This document shows, piece by piece, positions 1 to 6,127 of a DNA stretch of 37,205 nucleotides. The position numbers and the translations under genes were made by a program. The stretch is from a virus (taxonomy: Duplodnaviria > Caudoviricetes), in IMG/VR virus record IMGVR_UViG_3300037524_001078, positions 1 to 37,205 of that record, one strand, 5' to 3'. How positions within the stretch are numbered: position 1 is the first letter of the stretch; every line of letters starts with the position of its first letter. The notes beneath the pieces were generated by a model that was not told the DNA's origin, did no database searches, and worked only from the letters and a program-made list of their open reading frames with translations.

Positions 1-95
1 GTACCGCACCAAGCCGTTCCCCGCCTCGCCTCTCCTGTCCAGGCCGTGACTGGACATGCCACGCCTAGACTCTCCGCGCCGGGCCTCACCACGCC
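1..95 (-). repeat. Pentamer (GGY-NN) tract 1, truncated by the window edge; candidate guide-RNA unit
   Basis: The + strand parses as 19 in-register 5-mers (gtacc gcacc aagcc gttcc ccgcc tcgcc ... tcacc acgcc). 12/19 end in RCC (GGY on -); the rest are single-base variants (tcc, gac). Confidence 0.85.
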
Positions 96-122
96 TCGGT
101 GTTTCGTGTCCCCTGTTCCATT

Positions 123-291
123 GGGCCGAAGCCCCCATGCCACGTCACGCCTCGCCGAGCCCTACCTCATCTCTCACTAACACGCCTCGCCGAGCCGTAC
201 CCCACCTCACACCAACACGCATTACCTAGCCTGGCACCGCCACGCCTCTCCGCAACACACCTTTCCGGGCACCTCCGCACCGCACCGCGAC
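123..291 (-). ncRNA. Pentamer (GGY-NN) tract 2 with 3' UUCG hairpin; candidate guide RNA
   Basis: 31 in-register 5-mers at 137-291 (17 end in RCC). On - they are followed by GGGC-UUCG-GCCC (123-134). Confidence 0.75.
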
Positions 292-326
292 ATTTTCAGA
301 AACCGACGCTATCTGTATCCGTGCAA

Positions 327-548
327 TCAACCACCAGGGACGTACCGATATTCCACTTCAAAAAATTCCATATAGTCGTCCGTTTCTCCAAAGTGTATGA
401 CATTCAATTCATATAAATACCCATCCATTCGCATCTCATATTGTGGCGCAAAACTGTTGTAGCATATAAAGACTCCATCAAATGGACCTCCAATGCACTC
501 AATAAGCATCTCCTTCTTCTCTGGCAATAGATCGCTTATATCTGCCAT
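327..548 (-). CDS. Small acidic hypothetical protein (73 aa) lying within the repeat array
   Basis: MADISDLLPEKK...YVPGG with a GGAGGT RBS upstream. AT-rich compared with its flanks. The longer 220-aa ORF call only reads through the repeats. Confidence 0.6.
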   Translation of the reverse strand: MADISDLLPEKKEMLIECIGGPFDGVFICYNSFAPQYEMRMDGYLYELNVIHFGETDDYMEFFEVEYRYVPGG

Positions 549-591
549 GTACACCTCCGCTAATATTGCCACTCTTTTGTCTCTTAAGACC

Positions 592-718
592 AATCGCCGA
601 CGTTTCCACCGACGATTTGTGAATAGCCATGCCTGACCACGACTCGTCGAGCCCAGCCATGCTGCGACGCGCCGAACCTTGCCGAGCCATGCCGTGACTC
701 GCCGAACCATGCCTTGCC
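592..718 (-). ncRNA. Pentamer (GGY-NN) tract 3 with 3' GAAA-tetraloop hairpin; candidate guide RNA
   Basis: 19 in-register 5-mers at 624-718 (14 end in RCC). The - strand hairpin AAUCGUCGGUG-GAAA-CGUCGGCGAUU (592-617) has 11 bp including 3 G-U pairs. Confidence 0.78.
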
Positions 719-739
719 CAAGCCTGTCTCTTTCAAAAT

Positions 740-870
740 CCTGCGACCCCCGTATTCCAGAAGCCGCAGGCGACCTTGCCGGGCCGTGCCGGGCCACGCC
801 GGGCCCTGCCCAGCCATGCCGTGCCTGGCACTGCCGAGCCGCGCCTCGCCGAGCCGCGCCATGCCGCTCC
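740..870 (-). ncRNA. Pentamer (GGY-NN) tract 4 with 3' hairpin; candidate guide RNA directly downstream of the RAMP-like gene
   Basis: 20 in-register 5-mers at 771-870 (18 end in RCC). The - strand hairpin CCUGCGGCUUCU-GGAAUAC-GGGGGUCGCAGG (740-770) has 12 bp including 4 G-U pairs. Confidence 0.8.
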
Positions 871-885
871 TCGTTCCCAGCCAAA

Positions 886-1455
886 TTACGCAACCTGCTC
901 AACGGTGAACCGTCCATGCTTCGGCCGCCAGTCGCATGCACCAACCTCGCGGCCTGCACGCTGGAACCACTCGACGACGCGAGATTCATTGGCCATCGTG
1001 TCTTCGTACTCGACCTCGACTACCGCCGACCAGTTGCGAAAGATCGGACGTGTACGCATCACGCGATTTTTGCCAACCTTCACGCCAACAACCAAGCGGA
1101 AGTTTTCGTCCTCCCACAATTCGTCGGCAGTACGTGGACCCTCGTATCCCAGGTCAGCCGCCTTTGTCACCATCAGGCCAGCTTTTGCGTTCTGCCCGTC
1201 TTTAACTTTCTTCGCACCGGCAATTGCTAACGCTTCGATGATCTCTGCTGTCAAGCACGGGCCGTTGCTGTTCATGTACAGCCCACCTTTGAACTCGATC
1301 TTGGCCATTCGCTCAAAATCGGCGTCGGTTTTCGTCCGTTTGGACGAGACTTCCTTCAGGGATTTCGAGAACTTGTTCAAAGGATTCGCGAGCTGTCCGT
1401 TGTGAAGGATGATCGTATCCCCCGACAACTTCAACTTCAGTGTCTTCCACGCCAT
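886..1455 (-). CDS. Solo RAMP/Cas7-like RNA-binding protein (Vipr-like), 189 aa
   Basis: N-terminal beta strand ending in G (LKLKLSGDTIILHN), RxRPxFxxW followed by a beta strand, and a C-terminal Gly-containing loop (AGREVGACDWRPKHGRFTV). This is the layout of RAMP/Cas7 RRM proteins. AAGGAG RBS. Fold inferred by eye. Confidence 0.7.
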   Translation of the reverse strand: MAWKTLKLKLSGDTIILHNGQLANPLNKFSKSLKEVSSKRTKTDADFERMAKIEFKGGLYMNSNGPCLTAEIIEALAIAGAKKVKDGQNAKAGLMVTKAADLGYEGPRTADELWEDENFRLVVGVKVGKNRVMRTRPIFRNWSAVVEVEYEDTMANESRVVEWFQRAGREVGACDWRPKHGRFTVEQVA

Positions 1456-1768
1456 AATCGAACTCCTTCATGCTGTTGCGTTGCGTGGGATTTTGGATTT
1501 CCGTGACATCAGGCGTCCCACGCTTGTCGTACCTGATGCCTCGGATCACGTTAGTGACTGCTTCGTGGCACTGAACGCACAGCGTCAATAAGTCTCTGTG
1601 CACGTCTTCATGCCAAAATGTCTTATAGTGCCGGTGGTGGCACTCAAGGCGGATTTCTTCAGACGAGCGATTGCAGGCGGCACAACGATGGTTGTCGATA
1701 GTGAGTCGCTGGTTGCGTAATTGCTGCCATGTCGGATGCAGCATCCGTGCTTCGTATTCCTGATTCAT
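1313..1768 (-). CDS. HNH endonuclease
   Basis: W..LR...L..DNHRCAAC...LECHHRHY...DLLTLCVQCH fits the CxxC...HH...CxxCH zinc-binding HNH pattern. Likely start is ATG 1768 with a GGAG RBS. The 3' end overlaps the RAMP-like gene by 143 nt. Confidence 0.85.
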   Translation of the reverse strand: MNQEYEARMLHPTWQQLRNQRLTIDNHRCAACNRSSEEIRLECHHRHYKTFWHEDVHRDLLTLCVQCHEAVTNVIRGIRYDKRGTPDVTEIQNPTQRNSMKEFDYGVEDTEVEVVGGYDHPSQRTARESFEQVLEIPEGSLVQTDENRRRF

Positions 1769-1786
1769 GCTTTCTCCAAAAAGCCC

Positions 1787-1871
1787 TTGCCACGCCACTC
1801 CCAACACGTCCCCGACAAACCTTTCCTCGCGGGACCGATCCTTGCATCGCCGTTTCCGGCCCCGCCTCACC
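1787..1871 (-). repeat. Degenerate pentamer (GGY-NN) tract 5, between the thermonuclease and HNH genes
   Basis: 17 in-register 5-mers: ttgcc acgcc actcc caaca cgtcc ccgac aaacc tttcc tcgcg ggacc gatcc ttgca tcgcc gtttc cggcc ccgcc tcacc. 12/17 end in CC. Confidence 0.65.
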
Positions 1872-2220
1872 CCTCATACCGCTTCGCCAACCCTGCCTTC
1901 ATCATCTGTTCGTTTAGACTTTCCTCCACTCCTGGGATGAATACGTGGATGATCCAGCGACCGTACCGCTCGCCGCCCTTCTGAGTCTTCACGATGACGT
2001 TGCCACCGGCCGCACCGATCTGATCTCGCAGCCATTCAGTTGCTTCCTTCCCGCCCGGCTGTGGATTGCGCCATGTTTCAGGTGCATCAATGCCAGCCAA
2101 TCGACAGCGTTCGCCGTGCAGCCACATGCCGCAGCCGAGGTCGATGTTCAAGATGATTGTGTCACCGTCTACGCAGCGTTCGACCGTGGCCTTGTACGTG
2201 TACAATTCTTTTTCGAGCAT
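1867..2220 (-). CDS. Thermonuclease (SNase-like) family protein
   Basis: Motifs VERCVDGDTI, RLAGIDAPE, YGRW and SLNEQMMKAGLA. Start ATG 2220 follows GGAGG (the ORF track extends to 2253). Confidence 0.9.
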   Translation of the reverse strand: MLEKELYTYKATVERCVDGDTIILNIDLGCGMWLHGERCRLAGIDAPETWRNPQPGGKEATEWLRDQIGAAGGNVIVKTQKGGERYGRWIIHVFIPGVEESLNEQMMKAGLAKRYEG

Positions 2221-2253
2221 CCCGTCATCCTCCGTATCTCTATTGCGTCCCAC

Positions 2254-2751
2254 CTACCGTCCGACCACCATCACGCCGACGTTGCCTTCGGCAATCCGCT
2301 GGAGCACCTGCTGCCCGAGGTCGGCCAGCGACAACTCGAACCGGATGACGCCGCCGGTCAGGCTCTTCGCCCGCCAGCCACAGCCGGCTAGAAACAGTTG
2401 CAACTCCAAGTCCTTTTCGTCCACTTGACACGTAGCCACCTCGCGGCGATCGCATATCTTGCGTTCGATCTGGTCCAGTAGCGTCTGACCGATGCCACGC
2501 CGACGAAAGCCGGGATGCACCACGATCCTGTGCACCACGATGCGGTCCGTCTCCAGCGTGTACAGCATCACGCCGACCACGTCGTTGAACTCGCCGACCT
2601 TGACGACGACAGACATGGTGTGCGGCATGCAGCAGTAGAGTTCGTACTCCTCGGCTCCCCAGCGGCGTGGCTCGCCGCCGAACGCCAGCAGTTCGAGGTC
2701 AAGCACGGCCTCCATGTCGCTGCGGCTCATCCACATTATCTTGAGTTGCAT
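2254..2751 (-). CDS. GNAT (RimI-like) N-acetyltransferase
   Basis: Acetyl-CoA-binding motif A (IVVHPGFRRRGIGQTLL) and a RimI-like N-terminus. Confidence 0.85.
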   Translation of the reverse strand: MQLKIMWMSRSDMEAVLDLELLAFGGEPRRWGAEEYELYCCMPHTMSVVVKVGEFNDVVGVMLYTLETDRIVVHRIVVHPGFRRRGIGQTLLDQIERKICDRREVATCQVDEKDLELQLFLAGCGWRAKSLTGGVIRFELSLADLGQQVLQRIAEGNVGVMVVGR

Positions 2752-2776
2752 GTCGTTCGCCTCCGGTGCTGTCAGG

Positions 2777-5152
2777 TCAGGTGGTCACGCCGAGCTTGGC
2801 CATGTTTCTTTGCACGTCCTCCGCCAGAAACGTCTTGCGGTTGTGCAGGCTCGAGCGGCTGGTGAACTCGCGGGCGGTCTGCTGCTTGCCGATCAGCAGG
2901 CAGCCGACCTGGGCCCGCGAAATGGCCGTGTACAACCACGACCGGTCGCAGACGCGAGACGCCGAACCGCTGGCGTCGAGCACGACGATGACGATTGGCC
3001 ACTGAGAGCCCTGGGATTTATGAACCGACACGGCGTACGCCAGATCCCACTGGCAGCCGGTGGCCGTCTTGTCGTCGTCGTTGCTGCCATTGCTATCGCC
3101 TTCGTCATCCGCCTTGCCGCGCGGGATGCGGACGACCCGGTACGGGTTCTGCAGTTCGGCGACCGTGTAGCGTGGTGCCACTTCGAGCACTTCGGCCTGC
3201 TCGCCGTTGGCGACGTAGACCTTGCCGTCCTTGTTGCACAGCTCGTCGTTCGGATCGCGGGACGGCGTCCAGGTGTTCTTCAGATTGATGATCTTGTCGC
3301 CAACGCGAAACGGATTTTGTCCGGACGCGTCCCGTAGTCCGTCGCGATTGAGCAGGTTCTGCAGCATGCTGTTGAGTGCCCGCCGGCTGACTTCGGATTT
3401 CGTGTTGACCGCACAGAGCACCTGGACATGCCAACGCGGATCGTACTTGCCACTGGCGACAATTTTACCGACAACGGCTTCGAGTTGTGCCAATTGTGTG
3501 GCAGGCGTCCCACCGTTGATGAGATATAAGTTATCTCCGGTTTCTGGCGACCACTGCGAACTTGTCTCAAATGTCGCCTTTTGTCGCATTGCTGCGCAAG
3601 CTGCGACTATTTGCCCGCTGTTTCGTCTAATTTCCGTTAGTTCACCGCACGGTACGCCAGCTTTGATCATGTCCCGCAGCGGCGAGCCGTGTCCGACCGG
3701 CGGCAGTTGGTTCGTGTCGCCGATAAAGAGGATGTGCGTGCCGGGCGCACAGGCGGACAGCAGCGAAGCCGCCACGAAACTGTCCAGCATGCTGGACTCG
3801 TCGACGACCAGATACTTGAACGGCAGCGGGTTGCCTTTGCCGAACGCGAACTGCCAGCCGTGCGAGTCGCCTTCGCCGCCAGGCTTCTCGACGCCCAGCA
3901 GCCGGTGGATGGTGGTAGCTTCGAGGTTGATGCCCATCTGGGCCATCGTCTCTGTGCACCGCACGGCGGCTTTGCCAGTCGGAGCCACCGCCGCCACCGA
4001 GTAGCCGCAGTCCCGCAGCAGAGCCCGCACGATGCGGCCGGCCGAGTACGTTTTGCCCGTGCCAGGTGTCCCGGTGAGGCAGGCGATGGGACTCGTCAAC
4101 GCGGCGACCACCTTGCCACGCTGGTGCACGGACAACTGGTCGTCCTCCAGCATGTCGGGCCACGTCGCCGGCTCGCTCAGCAGGTCTGCCACGCATTCGG
4201 CCAGCACGCGTTCGTGCTCCGCCCGGTCCTTGCTGGCGATCCACCGGCGGCCTTCGGCGTCCTGCCGCGTGGCGATCAGGCCCATTTCCACGGCCTGACG
4301 GCAGGCGTCGGCGGTGCGGATCTCGGTGCTGCTGATGTTGCCCCGCAGCGTCGAGAGCACCTCCGACTCCGACCGCCAAGTGTCGCCGGTCGAGGCGTTG
4401 GCGGCGTGCCAGATGCACCACGCCTGCCGCTCCAAGGCGTTCGGGTCGCAGCCAAGGTCGAGGTAGAGTCGGTCCGCCGTCAGGAACCCGACGCCGGAGA
4501 ACCGGATGAGTTTGTACGGATTCTCACGGATGATGCCCGGTGCGGCGTTACCCCAGGTGTCGATACACTTTTTGACCAGCACGCGGGGGAAGCCGCGGCC
4601 GGCGAAAAGTCCCGTCAGTTCGATGGTGACGGACTCGAGTGAGTCCCGTTCTTCCAGCCACTTGGCGGCCACCTTCGCCCGTGCCTCGGACAGGGTTCGC
4701 ACCTTCGCGGCGGCCAGGGCCGGATTGGTGCGGACGACTTCCACCGCCTGCTCACCGAACTCGGCGAACAATGCAGCGGCACCCGCTTCGCCGATGCCGG
4801 GTGCCTGCTTGAGGTACGCCACGATCCCGCGTCGGCCCAGCGGTGCAGACAGGACGAACGACTGAAAGGCGAACTGCCAGCCGTACCGCTCGTGCTCCAC
4901 CCAGCGTCCGTAGAGTCGGTAGGTCAGTCCCTGCCGAAAGTCACCTTCCGCCGCCGGGCCTTTGATCTTCCACGTCGTGCGGTCTTTGGCGACGGTGGCT
5001 AGTCCGATGATGACGCGGCTGTCACCCGTGCCGAATGCGTTCAGCTCCCGCATGAAGTTGACGACCACTTCCCGTCGTTCCCGCAGGTCGGCAGCCGGTA
5101 CATCCGGACGGATGGATTCGAAGTCGCTTAAACGCTTCACGTCAGCCCTCAC
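2777..5152 (-). CDS. recD2: RecD2-like SF1B ATP-dependent helicase
   Basis: N-terminal H.RYG.QF and HhH (PGIG, ENPY, GVGF), Walker A GTPGTGKT, APTGKAA, TIHRLL, VVDESSM, GDTNQLPPVG, LAYAVSVHKSQGSQW and LYTAISRA. Confidence 0.93.
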   Translation of the reverse strand: MRADVKRLSDFESIRPDVPAADLRERREVVVNFMRELNAFGTGDSRVIIGLATVAKDRTTWKIKGPAAEGDFRQGLTYRLYGRWVEHERYGWQFAFQSFVLSAPLGRRGIVAYLKQAPGIGEAGAAALFAEFGEQAVEVVRTNPALAAAKVRTLSEARAKVAAKWLEERDSLESVTIELTGLFAGRGFPRVLVKKCIDTWGNAAPGIIRENPYKLIRFSGVGFLTADRLYLDLGCDPNALERQAWCIWHAANASTGDTWRSESEVLSTLRGNISSTEIRTADACRQAVEMGLIATRQDAEGRRWIASKDRAEHERVLAECVADLLSEPATWPDMLEDDQLSVHQRGKVVAALTSPIACLTGTPGTGKTYSAGRIVRALLRDCGYSVAAVAPTGKAAVRCTETMAQMGINLEATTIHRLLGVEKPGGEGDSHGWQFAFGKGNPLPFKYLVVDESSMLDSFVAASLLSACAPGTHILFIGDTNQLPPVGHGSPLRDMIKAGVPCGELTEIRRNSGQIVAACAAMRQKATFETSSQWSPETGDNLYLINGGTPATQLAQLEAVVGKIVASGKYDPRWHVQVLCAVNTKSEVSRRALNSMLQNLLNRDGLRDASGQNPFRVGDKIINLKNTWTPSRDPNDELCNKDGKVYVANGEQAEVLEVAPRYTVAELQNPYRVVRIPRGKADDEGDSNGSNDDDKTATGCQWDLAYAVSVHKSQGSQWPIVIVVLDASGSASRVCDRSWLYTAISRAQVGCLLIGKQQTAREFTSRSSLHNRKTFLAEDVQRNMAKLGVTT

Positions 5153-5161
5153 GTTTCTAGG

Positions 5162-5458
5162 AAAAAACCGCTGCCGCCGTGGTTTGGGAATCGGTGGGCA
5201 GCGAGCACCGACTAAGGACGACTGATCGCCTGATCCCGAGCAACCAAGCCGCTACCTCGGTCTGTCAGCAACCGGCACACTCACGGCGTATGCCATCCAT
5301 GCGACGACGTGCCTTCCACACCCCAGCAAGACACGCAGAATCGCTTACGGTCTGGACCAACCGCCCTCAGCTATGTTGGAAAACCGGTGCGGACGCGGAG
5401 AGGTAGCACGCATCCGCACCGGAGTGAGGACAACGGGACGGGCTGCGGCCCCGTTGTC
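5162..5458 (-). ncRNA. Candidate highly structured ncRNA or cis-regulatory leader upstream of recD2
   Basis: 16-bp long-range helix (5355-5370 with 5212-5227, 5 G-U pairs on -), several internal hairpins, a 14-bp hairpin at 5384-5422, a possible 3' pseudoknot and a U6 tract. No convincing ORF. Confidence 0.6.
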
Positions 5459-5939
5459 AGAAATTCACGCCCTGCAGCGGATCGCCCTCGGCCGTCTGGC
5501 CGACCATCCCGTTGTTCTTCGGGATGTCTTTCGCTTCCGGAGCATCCAGGGCCCAGATGCCGGCGAAGCTCCAATTGACGAACTGGCCGTCCTTGCTCTT
5601 GACCAGCTCCACGCAAATCTGGCGTCCCTCGGCCTGCGTGAGATCAAGAGCGAGCCGCTTGCCGGTTCGCTTGGCGTCGATCATCTGTTCGGTCGTCGTC
5701 AACTTGGTGGCCAGCACGAACAGGGCCAGTCGCTTTTCGGACTTTGCCGACCGTGACAGATACTCGCGGTTCGTCTTGCCTTCCATCCCTTTCACGGTGC
5801 CGCTGAGGATCTCGTAGTCGACCGCGATCGACTTCGACGGATCACTCTCGTCGACACCTTGGATCAGGATGTGGTACTTGCCGGGCTGTGGCCGATCGTT
5901 CGGGTTTTCCGGATCAAAGCCTTCGAAACCGAATTCCAT
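5457..5939 (-). CDS. Putative phage single-stranded DNA-binding protein (DUF669-like)
   Basis: The PGKYHILIQGVDE N-terminal motif, ~160-aa size, C-terminal F and position beside a Sak4-like ATPase. Confidence 0.55.
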   Translation of the reverse strand: MEFGFEGFDPENPNDRPQPGKYHILIQGVDESDPSKSIAVDYEILSGTVKGMEGKTNREYLSRSAKSEKRLALFVLATKLTTTEQMIDAKRTGKRLALDLTQAEGRQICVELVKSKDGQFVNWSFAGIWALDAPEAKDIPKNNGMVGQTAEGDPLQGVNF

Positions 5940-5947
5940 ACGTCACC

Positions 5948-6127
5948 TCACTCGTTTTTAAGGATGGATTGAATGGCCGCTTCAACGGCCTGCATTTCGC
6001 CGAGCGTGTGGGCCCAGTAGGCTGGGTACTGCAACGCTCGCAAGCCCTCGGTCAACACTAACTCTTCTCCATGCCGGTCCACCAATGGTCGCATGACGTT
6101 TGACCATTGATGGCCCGGCCAAGTCAC
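5948..6127 (-). CDS. Small hypothetical protein (48-59 aa)
   Basis: Open frame read by hand (MRPLVDRHGEELVLTEGL...SILKNE) filling the gap. The GTG at 6127 overlaps the upstream stop; an alternative ATG is at 6094. Confidence 0.4.
   Translation of the reverse strand: MTWPGHQWSNVMRPLVDRHGEELVLTEGLRALQYPAYWAHTLGEMQAVEAAIQSILKNE

Noticed and set aside
1-870. CRISPR array
   Set aside because: There are no 23-47-nt direct repeats with unique spacers. The periodicity is 5 nt, and no cas1/cas2 is present in the window.
771-870. Tract 4 dinucleotides read as codon positions 1-2 resemble a methyltransferase motif (GVGTG...D/E-A-S-D/E-A-M)
   Set aside because: The motif spacing is too short for a real methyltransferase, and almost any dinucleotide string gives a protein-like reading. 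A database search is needed.
99-1405. Overlapping Arg/Pro/Ala/Gly-rich ORFs (99-416, 584-862, 679-1230, 776-1405, and the N-terminal part of 327-989)
   Set aside because: They are artefacts of stop-poor pentamer repeats or antisense shadows of the RAMP-like gene. A 5-nt period does not fit codon structure.
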